A stretch of 64,000 nt of DNA, from NCBI RefSeq assembly GCF_025526975.1, contig NW_026515678.1, positions 186,001 through 250,000 on the forward strand. Direction: 5' to 3'. The DNA comes from Fimicolochytrium jonesii (lineage: Eukaryota). Position numbers and translations under genes: made by a program. Below the pieces are notes generated by a model. It was not told the DNA's origin and did not search any database. It was given only the letters and a program-made list of their open reading frames with translations. Shown in pieces: positions 34,035-44,533 of this stretch (position 1 is the first letter of the stretch; the number at the start of each line of letters is the position of its first letter).

Positions 34035-34753
34035 ATGGAAGAAAGGTGTGACCCTCGGGATTGCGAAGCCGGTCGGCGATGATGGGGCACCATCCTCACT
34101 GATGACAGAGTTTTTCGCGAACGGCGCGCCAAGGTGGTTGGTGCACAGGTGGCGTAGAGGCTTGCTCACCAGAAGTCGCAGGAAGGCAGCGTCCATCCCC
34201 GAGTATCTATCTACAGGTGAAGGCGGGCGAGGGTTTGCGGAGAGGCAGGTTTGGTGGAGCTTTTCTGTGTCGACTACCGGATGGAACAGTCTGTTAGGTA
34301 GCCACTATTCTTTACCTCCAAGCATTCCCCTCACCACCCTTTCCTGATAGGGCGCCTCAGTAGTACCTGCGCTTTGTATTGCAGGTAAACTGGCCCGACT
34401 TGGTATATCAAGAGGGTGTCTCCGTTTGGCCTCATACTCTCGGCGTTCCAGCAACGGAGTCCTTTGCATACGTCGTCCAAGATGGGCAAATCTTAGCAAA
34501 GCCCATCTTGCCTTAGCAAAGGCTTATTTGACAGTATCCGACAGCGCGTCCATTTTGGGCAACATTTTCAGAACGAGTCGTCGGTGCGCCCAAAAATGGT
34601 GCTTTTATACCGGCGGCAGACAGACTGGCAGTGCTATCAGTAGCCCGCGAACAATACGTAGGAGAGTTTTGAGCACCGCCGGCGCACCGTGAAGAGGCGG
34701 TCTAGAATGCGCTTTTTGGACCTCCCCAGTCGAGGTCCTCGAAACGTCAAAGA

Positions 34754-34761
34754 TATATAAA
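34754..34761 (+). promoter_or_regulatory. TATA box of the Zn-finger/paracaspase gene
   Basis: TATATAAA about 85 nt upstream of ATG 34841. Confidence 0.6.
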
Positions 34762-34840
34762 GGCCAGCAACTTCTTTTGCCCACCCGTTTGTACGTTGAA
34801 GCAAAGTCGATCATAAGCTACTACCCGGCAAGCCTTAGCC

Positions 34841-36424
34841 ATGCCTATTTACGCTACCCAGTCATTGCGAACTTGCGCCGGATGTGGCGATGCTGCAGGC
34901 CAGAACCACAAGTGTTCGCAGCGACCTTTTCCGTCTCGGCCGGCGTCTGCTTACAGTGCGGGTTCAGCAGGCTCTCATTGCACGGGATGTGGCCATGTAG
35001 TAGGCAAGCTTCACAAATGTTCACGTCGACCTACGACTACCCAGTCTCAATCTCCGGCAAACCCCTCGACTTCCAGCACGAGCTACAATCTCACATACAA
35101 AAAATGCAACCAGTGCGGCGAGAGTTATCCAGAAAACGATTTACCGCATCACAAGTTGAAATGCGAGAAGAACATGCAGACGGGCCCTTTCTGCGTCGAA
35201 TGTCACGCTGTTGCGGACAAAAATCACAAATGCGTTCAACCTACGTTCCCGAAATCTCAGTCTCCGGCGAGCTCCTCGACTTCCGGCACGAGCTACAGTG
35301 ACCTCTATCGAAACTGCCTCCATTGCGGCAAGATGTACTCGAAAACGGGTTCATCGAAGCACGAGTCAGTATGCAAGAAGGCCATGAAGACGGGCCCTAT
35401 CTGCGTCGAATGTGGCCTCGTTGCCGACAACAACCATAACTGTTCGGGCGGACCTTCGTTCGGCAAATCTCAATCTCCGGCGGGATCCACGACTTCAAGC
35501 ACGAGCTACACTCAGAATGCCTCAGAGATGAAGTACCACTGCCAGAATCACGGGGATGGCTGCGATCAACGTCTCAAGAGCGAAGAATTCGCGAACCATC
35601 TCCGCGATTGTCCATATAGGAGAGTACGGCACCGCCTCTGCAACACCATGCTGCAGGCCAAGGACCTTGTCGAACACAAGAAAACGTGCCGGCCGCAGAC
35701 CTCACAGATTCCACACCCCTCTGGAAAGGTCAAAAAGATTGCGCTGATTATCGGCATTTCGGATTCCATATACGGCCATCTGCGCAACCCGGTCAACGAT
35801 GCGGTCAAAATCACTGCCGTCCTGGAGAAGATGAACTTCAAGTGCACAATCCTTAAAGATCGCACAATCAAGGAGTACCAAAAAGAGCTGAAAGAATACC
35901 TCGCATCGATCGACGGCTCGACCTTGTCGTTCGTTCATTTCAGCGGCCATGGTGGCCACAAAGGCACATCCAATTACCTCTGCATGAAGGACGGAACGGT
36001 TGATGCGTGCGAGCTAGGGAAACAAGTCAGCGAAAAGAAGCCGCTGGCAAGCGTGTTTACGTTGGACTGCTGCCGGACGCCGTCGCGGGGTAGCAGCAAC
36101 AATGTCAACATCATGACAATGGAATTTTCGGACACCATCGTGGCCTTCGCCTGTGGGGCTGGCGACAAGGCGTCCGACGGGCGCAGAGGAAACGGAGCAT
36201 TCAGCGAACTCTTGATAGAAAACTTAAGTCAGATCTCGCCTCTCAACGAGATTTTGGTGAAGATGGCCAGGCAATTCCGAGACAGGAACGAATATCGTCA
36301 ACGTATAACTATCGTAGACAGTACATCCGCCGAGATCAGACTCCATGTGAGCCAGGATGATCGTAGTCGCAGTTGCGAGAAGACCGTCGTATTTCTTGAA
36401 GAAGGCGAACACAAGTCTTTTTGA
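34841..36424 (+). CDS. Zn-finger repeat / TRAF-type Zn-finger protein fused to a paracaspase-like peptidase C14 domain
   Basis: Four CxxC-x7-HxC fingers, two CxxC-x11-Hx3C fingers and a TRAF-like C..H..GC...L...HLRDCPYR.V.H..C...DL.EH...C. Then KIALIIG...LRNPVNDA...HFSGHG (His 35948)...VFTLDCCR (Cys 36071)...TIVAFAC..GDKASDG..GNGAFSELL. Intronless, 527 aa. Confidence 0.9.
   Translation: MPIYATQSLRTCAGCGDAAGQNHKCSQRPFPSRPASAYSAGSAGSHCTGCGHVVGKLHKCSRRPTTTQSQSPANPSTSSTSYNLTYKKCNQCGESYPENDLPHHKLKCEKNMQTGPFCVECHAVADKNHKCVQPTFPKSQSPASSSTSGTSYSDLYRNCLHCGKMYSKTGSSKHESVCKKAMKTGPICVECGLVADNNHNCSGGPSFGKSQSPAGSTTSSTSYTQNASEMKYHCQNHGDGCDQRLKSEEFANHLRDCPYRRVRHRLCNTMLQAKDLVEHKKTCRPQTSQIPHPSGKVKKIALIIGISDSIYGHLRNPVNDAVKITAVLEKMNFKCTILKDRTIKEYQKELKEYLASIDGSTLSFVHFSGHGGHKGTSNYLCMKDGTVDACELGKQVSEKKPLASVFTLDCCRTPSRGSSNNVNIMTMEFSDTIVAFACGAGDKASDGRRGNGAFSELLIENLSQISPLNEILVKMARQFRDRNEYRQRITIVDSTSAEIRLHVSQDDRSRSCEKTVVFLEEGEHKSF
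35045..35510 (+). repeat. Intragenic ~210-bp tandem duplication (three conserved junction copies)
   Basis: TCTCA(A/G)TCTCCGGC...CGACTTC..GCACGAGCTACA at about 35045, 35255 and 35468. Confidence 0.85.
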
Positions 36425-37474
36425 TTGGTTCGTTGGAACTGGAGATATTTACTATTAATTGCCTTCCTCTTCCTTACTTTCATGTATACACCCCGACACC
36501 CTGATTTCCAATCGTGCTCCGTCAATTGGATATATGCTCTGTGCGGTTTCTAGCGCGACATGAGAAAATTTGAGAATTTGTTCGGTTAAGAGCAATTGCG
36601 TCCACGAAGTTGGTCTTTGAAACACCAACCCTTTTCCAATGCGCGAAAAAAAACCGTATGCATGGGGCCGCCGCGTAAAAGTTCCAGCGTCATCTGCCTG
36701 CACGTCGGTCTTGAAAATTTTCCGATTTGCGCCATATCTGATATCATAATCTGATGTGTCGTGCAACTTGGCAACATCAACACACCAAGCTCCATCAACC
36801 GGGGTCAATGTCGTCAATTGACAGCGGGAGAGAAATTCGACAGCGCGTCCTCCTGCGCTACCGGACTGCCACTGGAATACCATCTCTGTGATGGCAGTAC
36901 GATAGGGCTCTAGTACAGTTTTGATGCTGCCCTCATGGACTACCCATTCTACCTTTGTGACCCGGCTTATTTTTCTATAGGCCTCGTCATCGTACGTCGG
37001 AGGGCTGGCGATCAGTGTCAGTCAGCTCCGTGCGCGATTGACGTACGCGCCATGACACAAATGCGTCCTGCACTACGTCCTTTTTCGAGGTGCATGCCGG
37101 CTTATACTGTAAGTTGGGTGTGCCTCAAGCACGTACATACAGTACAGTAGGTGCCCAGATATCCGGGTACGACGGGTTCGCCAAGCCTCGTGTGCAACCC
37201 AAAAGTCAACGACCATTTGCCGTCAATTCCGTACTTCTTCAGATGTGCAGGCAGGCCGGCGACTTCTGCTGGTACCATACTGTATGTACATGGCTACGTG
37301 CTTATGCCAGCATTGCACGTTGTGAAGCAACACACAGGGGCGCCCGAGTATACACGCAGGCCAAACTGACGTGCTTTCGCCGTACTCCTGCTGTATTTCA
37401 GGCGTTATAAAAGCAGGGCGACTTGAGTTCGTTGACTCCAGCGCATCTGAACCTCATATTATACTCAAAGACAA

Positions 37475-40400
37475 ATGGTTCGCTTGCTTCATTTGATAGC
37501 CCCGGGCCTTTTGGCTGCGGCCGCTTCTGCTTTCGCTGGGCCCCAGTCGCCGCTGGGCGACTTCATCACCGGTAACAGTTCAGCAGGGACGACTTTCAAC
37601 CTCTCGACTCTGGCCTGGACTGTAAAGAACACAAATGGGTCTATTCAGATCCCGGCATCTGTGCCTGGCCAAGTGCATCTAGACCTGCTGAAGGCTGGCA
37701 TCATAGGAGAGCCTTACGTGGAAATCAATGGTAAGCGACGAATCATGTTCATATGTTGGCAGTCGATCGTTCATTTTTTGAAAAATATGGACGTGTGTAG
37801 AGTTCTATCAGCGATGGATTGCGTACGAGCCCACTTGGACGTATACGGCAAAGATCCAGAATCCAGACGATCTGCGATCAGCCAAGAAGATCTTCCTTCG
37901 CTTCGATGGTCTCGACACAGCCTGCAACATCTCTCTGTTTGGCCAGCACGTCGCCGCTGTTGCCAATCAGTTTCGTCAATGGGCTTTTGATGTAGGCGCT
38001 ATTACTTGTTATTTTCGTCAGCCTCGTCATCCTGATGAATACCAAATCCCCGCGTGTATAGGTGACGAGCATTGTGCAGTCCCCAACGAACTCTACGGAC
38101 AGAAATATAACGGTCGCATTCCAATCGCCCATCCTCTATGCCAAAGAAGTTCGGGAGAGGTCTGAAGTGTACCCGCCGGATGCTTACACCAACCAAAGCG
38201 TCTTCTCCAATCGCGAGTACATCAGGAAACAACAGGCAGATTTTGGATGGGGTAAGAAGTTTGGAGGAGCTACCAAATGATGAATGAGCACTTGGGCCGA
38301 GCGCGGAGAAGGCGACAAGGATGTGTCGCCAGGCGGCTGTTGCTGATCAAATGTGTCTATATTAGACTGGGGCCCGGCCTTTGCGCCTAGCGGTATATGG
38401 AAACCTGCCCTCCTCCTCGCGCTCGGTTCGCGTCAAAACGCATCCGAGAATCAGAAACGTCCTCAAATTCACGAGCTCAATACACTAGTGGATATCTACC
38501 GAGTTGGACAGGTACGTCCTGTGGATTGGGCACCCAGGAAAACCTCGGTCCCGGCTCTCACGCACGATTGATTCATCAGCTCAACAACATTCCTCCGAAT
38601 CAAAATGCCAACTGGATGGTCAACGTCTCGGCCGAGGTTCTGTCCGTCGATACCTTTGACCGAGCGACTGTCACGCTCTCGTTTCCGCAGCTCCAAGTTA
38701 CTTCTCCGCCTATTCGGGTCGCCGGCATCAAGCCTGGCAGAAACTTTGTGACTGCACACTTTGAGGTCGATAAGTCGAAGCCTCATCTGTGGTGGCCTGT
38801 GCATATGGGTGAATATGAGACATGTTGCAGTGATAGAAGTAGGGATACCCTGTTTCGCTTCCGGCACAATGACTCAACTGTTTCTTTCTGTACATGCAGG
38901 AAAGCAAAACCTCTATGACCTTCATATTAGCATCAATCCTCAGCCAACGAGTGGGCTGGCACCGATGAACTATACTCGACGAACTGCCTTCCGAACGATT
39001 GTGCTCAATCTACTGCGCTACCCTGATGCGCTGACCATCCCGTTCGGTGGTCCCTATAAACCGGGAGACCAGGTTACAAGTTTATGAGGTTGCAAGTGGC
39101 CTTGTTTCGTTTCATGATATTGAAATGTTTACTCTTCCTTATGGCAGTTCCACTTTGAAGTCAATGGCGTCACCTTCTTCGCAAAAGGAGCAAACTGGGT
39201 GCCTGCGGACGCCTTTTATCGACGAATCACAAAGGAGCGGAGACGCGGGATTTTACAAAGTGCCGTTGATGCCAATATGAACGTAAGTCATGTGGATTCC
39301 AGTGTCTTTCCGACCATATCTCTTCCACTGACCGACGGCATACATATAGATGGTTCGAGTTTGGGCCGGCGGAGTCTACGAAGATGATGAGTTCTACGAT
39401 CTCGCTGACGAAATGGGCCTCCTGCTATGGAGTGAGCTGCAGTTCTCCATTTCGACATACGTAAGTGCAGCGAGCGGATCAGTTATGAGAAAGCGCCAAA
39501 CGGCACTTGCTTAAAATGCTCACCTACAGCCCGCGGATCCGGCGTTTTTGTCAAATGTCATCCCGGAGATAGAGGTAGGTGGCTCTAACGCGTGCGGGTC
39601 TGCTCTGACCCATTGTACATTGTCTGCGGGGAGGAGATCTAAATTCGCCTCATCGGCTCTTTGCATGGATAGTACAATGTCCGTCGCATCAACCGCCACC
39701 CCTCGCTTGCTCTCTGGGTAGGGAACAACGAAATGGAATGGTTTGTCCTCGGGCTGAACGCCACGTACCGCGGCGCCTACGGAAAGCATCTCCTCGACGA
39801 ATGGGATTATACCTTCGTGCAGTTATTCCAGCGCGTCATCTTGTCTACGACCCGATCCATCACGTACCTGTTTTCTTCGACCACCCAAGGATACCTTTCT
39901 GGCCCTGACCCTTGGATCGCGCGGTACAACAATAAGACCCGCGGAGAACTGTATGGAAGTGCGGAGAATTGGAACTTCGGCATTGCGACGTTCGAGGACA
40001 TCACGCGCTTCCCCGCTGCACGATTTGTCAATGAATTCGGGTTTCATTCCATGCCATCTATCTACACCGTATGTTCTAGTGTGATTTAAGAAGTTATCAC
40101 TATCTATTGTCACTCACTAACGCTTATTCTTGTCATGCATATAGTGGGATGAAGTGCTGACAAGTCCCAGTGACTATCAGTTCAATAGCTCGGTGGTCGT
40201 TGCACGCAATCGAAAGCCTCCTCCGGGCGGCACAGGTCAGTAGTCAGCCCATTGCCCTCGTTGATGAATCCCTCGCGCCGTTCTCACCGCTCTATACTAT
40301 CTTGTCTTCCGCCCGCAGCATGGCCAAACCCCAACTCGCCCAACGGCATGTACCAGATGACCCAAGGCGTCATCACGCACTATCCGGTTCCTTCCCGAGT

Positions 40401-41676
40401 TGACCAACGCACGAACTTCTCCATGTGGTGCCATGCCACGCAGTTGACGCAGGTCTGCAGCTACTACCCAACCTACAGCGTTGTCTTTCGTTCTCACCGC
40501 GCTCTTTCACTACTACCTTCAGGCTCAATTCATGCAGTTGCAAATCGAGTCATACCGTCTCGGCTCCGGGCGGCCTGAGAACAATCTTGGAGCGCTTGTT
40601 TGGCAGCTCAACGACATTTGGCAGGCCGACAGTTGGAGTGGCGTGGAGTACAGCTTCCGATGGTGCGTTGGGATTTATGATCTTCTGCTTTTGAAAGGAG
40701 TTCTTCTCGTTTAACTTTCTCGCTGGCCCTCGGCCGCAGGAAAATCCTTCAGTACCATCTTCGCCGTGTCTACCAGCCGGTTATCATTGTTCCGTTGTTC
40801 AAGTAAGTCATCGATGCAGAAGCGCACCTGTCCGCATGTCTCCTCACGCGTCGCATTCATCAAGCACCCGTACGGCCGACTTGTCCGTCTACACGAGCAC
40901 AGACCTCCGCTCGACCGTAAAGGGCACGGCTTCCCTCATCTGGCGCACTTGGCAGAATGGAGCGGCGGTGAACTCGAGCGTTGTCCATTTCACCACCCGA
41001 TCACTGAACAACACCTTGTTGGGGAGAGCCGTCGGGCTTTCGACAATCGTGCCCGCTGGCTATAGCGCCAATGATGTCTGGTTGCAGTTGACACTGAATG
41101 CAACGGATGCGAGTGGAAACAAGTACAATGTGAGTTAAGCATTGCTTTATATCAGGAACGCCTAATATCAGCACCTCCAGCACGTCGTTGTGTTCGAGAC
41201 TCCAAATTGACCAGACGGTTCCCTCTTTCGATCACCCGCCCACAGCATGAAAACGTCTTCACTCCGGTCAAGTTGAACGCCGCGAATCTGAGAGACCCGG
41301 AGTTGACAGTTAGGCCCCAGCGCGGAACTACAAACGGAATCGTGGTGGAGGCCAGCAGCGCCGCGGCCGCTTATGCCTGGGGTATGTGGTACATTGTCTT
41401 GCACGCGACGTGGTTTGCGATTTGCTCCAAATTTAGACATCATTCTCAATCCGTTATCAACTGACATTCCGTCTGACAGTTGACCATCCGCCATGCATCA
41501 CTGGCCACTTTTCCGATAACTCGATCTTTGTTATTCCGGGCCAGTCTCGCATCCTGAACTTCGTGGTATTCGAGAACACTTGCCATGGCGATTGGAGGCA
41601 GAGTATCGTTATCAGGAGCGTCTGGGACTACAATCACGAAGGATCCAACACCGAGAGCCTTGGTCACAGCACTTGA
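37475..41676 (+). CDS. Secreted GH2 beta-mannosidase (many short introns)
   Basis: Signal peptide, ASVPGQVHLDLL, FDGLDT, REYIRKQQADFGW|DWGPAF, LWWP, KGANWVPADAF, MVRVWAGG, WVGNNE (acid/base Glu), RFVNEFGFHSMPS (nucleophile Glu) and GALVWQLNDIWQA. Stop TGA at 41674-41676. Confidence 0.93.
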
Positions 41677-42893
41677 TTCTTGGCTGTGGGCGTCATGTTA
41701 TCAGTGGCCGTTACCACGATCAACAAATCCTTTCAAGGCGATTCCAGCACACTTCAGTATAGTTTGGACGTTTTACTCGGGGACGGCGTAGAGAAGTTCA
41801 CATTTCATCTGTTGCTTTTTGTTTCACCATATCGCTTCATTAGGTTGACTGCAGGTACCATATATGTAGAATACACATGTATTCCTGGCACATTCTCATC
41901 ACATCACGACCCTATTTTTCTAGTGTTATAAATTCGGACTGCTCCAAGACTGCTCCGGCGCAAAAGCATCGCGTGCTGGAGATATCAAATTGCCAGAGTC
42001 CTCGGAGAAATGTGTTAGGACCTGTCTACTGCCCATGCTCCCAGCTCTCGTTATTTGTGCTGGCCAGCTTTACCCACTTCAAGCCCAGCGTTTCCCCTCT
42101 TCTCCGATGTTCTTTTTCTGGCTCAGTTTACATAGTAAAAAACTCCACCCACCCTTTCTTGCTCTGTAATTTGGATGATACGGGTTGTTCATCGACAAGT
42201 ACACATTTTTCTTGTCATGCAACGCATCGGAACACTGTCGGAGTGGCTTGTTTTCACCACTTTCGTCGCAGGAGCAAGACGAGCAGGGTAGGAGTGGCGA
42301 CAACGGAAGTTCACGACTATATACTTCACATATCCCTGTCCCGTTGGCACAAACTTACTTCTGCCTGTCGTGCCCAATTCTCTGTTCCTCAGTGGGAAGC
42401 GTCAACGGCACCTGGGCTTTTCAGGAAAACAAACTCGTCAAACTGGAGATACAAGCCGAGCAGCGGGCAGCTGCAAAGGCTCGGATGCTATGCAAGATTC
42501 CATCCTCCGCTTGTGCTTGTGAGTATTGGAAGCCTCTTATATGAACTCCGCCGATTGCGACAGCGCGACGCCGTCATTGCCGGAGCCCATGGTTTGCGAG
42601 TGGGCGCGTGACGCCGTTTGCGCATGCCAGTTATGGTTTTTGCGCTCAAAATGGTTGACGCCGAGGGGCGAGCAGCAACAACAACGAGGGCAAGCCGCAC
42701 AGCGCACGGAGTATGCATTGTAGACCCGAGGGTATCGGGACAGGGGGTTATGCCGAGCGGCGGTATGTGCGTGTGGGGTAGGGGCCCTAGGCTGGACTGG
42801 GGACTCGGGAGTATAAAGAGTGCTCGACCCTCCGCCGTCCAGCACGCAGTCATCATCCTCCATCACCACTACTATCAACAACAAACCAGCACC

Positions 42894-43557
42894 ATGCTTT
42901 CCGCACAAGACAACGTTCTCGAGAACTACACGTACGTATGCGATAAGGCGACAGCAGTATCAGGGTCTTCCTGGTCGATTGGCGGGCGAGGGAATTGCGG
43001 CGAGCGGCGATACAACACAGGCTTAAGCCACAGCTCTAACCCATCTTCCTTCTCACTCACAGTGGTTTCTGGACGCTGGACTCCTCCCGCACGGATGACT
43101 ACTCCGACGTCCTCTCTGCCCAGGGTGTCTCCTGGTTGGTCCGCAAGGTCATCCTGAATATGACCATCACCTACGACATTTCCGTTACCGAGGTCAACGG
43201 CGTCAAGGTCCTCACCACCGTCAACCCCAAGGGCGAGAAGCAGGTCCTGGCCCTCGATGGTGCTTCTCACCCCGAGGAGAGCTCCACTTTCGGCTCCCTG
43301 ACGCAAACTGCGTCCCAGGATGCTGACGGTCACTTTCACTTGGTCACGGTGAGCGAGAAGTACAAGTGGAAGGTGGGTACACACATAGCATAATGAACTC
43401 GACATATGTAAGACATCTATCTCACCTTTATACTGCATTATAGAACACCGGAACCTGGACTCTTGAGAACAACAACACGGTCATGGTCCGCACTCTCACC
43501 TTCGAGTCTCCCAAGCTCACCAAGACCTTCAAGATGACCTTCACCAAGAAGCAGTAA
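42894..43557 (+). CDS. Cytosolic FABP/lipocalin-like (calycin) beta-barrel protein (3 exons)
   Basis: Spliced product MLSAQDNVLENYT|GFWTLDSSRTDDYSDVLSAQGVSWLVRKVI...KYKWK|NTGTWTLENNNTVMVRTLTF...FTKKQ*. It has the GxW motif and the helix-turn-helix lid pattern of iLBPs. TATAAA at about 42813. Confidence 0.8.
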
Positions 43558-44533
43558 AATACCTTACGCTCGTCTCTTACTTGGGCCTTCGGCCCAGCAG
43601 ACTTTCAAGGATCGCGGAGATCGGAGAGACCGCGGAGCCTGTCGTACATATAGCGTTCCACTGTTCCTGTTTCCATTACGGGTTAGCTGACCTATCTTTT
43701 TTTGGACTGATACCATATCCGGCGTATCAGGCGGTCTGACTCGTCTAATGCTTCGAAGGACCACGTCCCTGAGTTACTCGAATCGTTCGATGTATATATG
43801 AAATATATGGAAGGAAACATGATCATAGTTGAGCCGCCGTGCCTATATATACCAACGGAGGCTAGCATAACTGATTTCATACGAGCCAATCTGGACACGA
43901 GAACCAGGCAGCCGGTCACATATCCCGTGAGACGGCATTTGAGGTGGCCCCTGTGATGATGTGACAATACCGCTGTAATGGAAATGTATACTGTAACGCA
44001 TCAGATTGAGGCAGAAACAAAGCGCATCAAACCCAGCGCTTTCGAGTTCGGTGTTTGCGGATTCGAGTTCATCTCAATCTAGCCCTTCTTCTTATCTGCA
44101 AAATGCTACATCAGTCTAATAAGAAGCGGCCCGACAAACTGCGGGGAGAACTGGTCGTTAGTGTTCGCATCCCGCCCGATACATCGACTACACGGTGATC
44201 CGATATCACTCGAGACAAGGGATTAGCAAACACTCGAGTGCTAGCATTCGAGACAAAGGATGTTTCGTGGACTGCGGGACCGTTTTGATGCTTGTCAAAG
44301 ACCACATCGCGGAATAGCAATATACTGTAATTGCATATCGATAGTGGGTGAACATTAAGATGCACTAAGAATCAAAAGCTCTGAACATAGCTATATCTAC
44401 TAAAACGATCATTCACGCCGAAGGAAAACATATTACGCCGAACATTACTCATTTCCTCAGGGGCTCCAAGGTCACATTTCGCTCGTACTAAAGGTTTGTG
44501 CTAATGCCGATGTGAGATCTTCCCTCCATCTCC

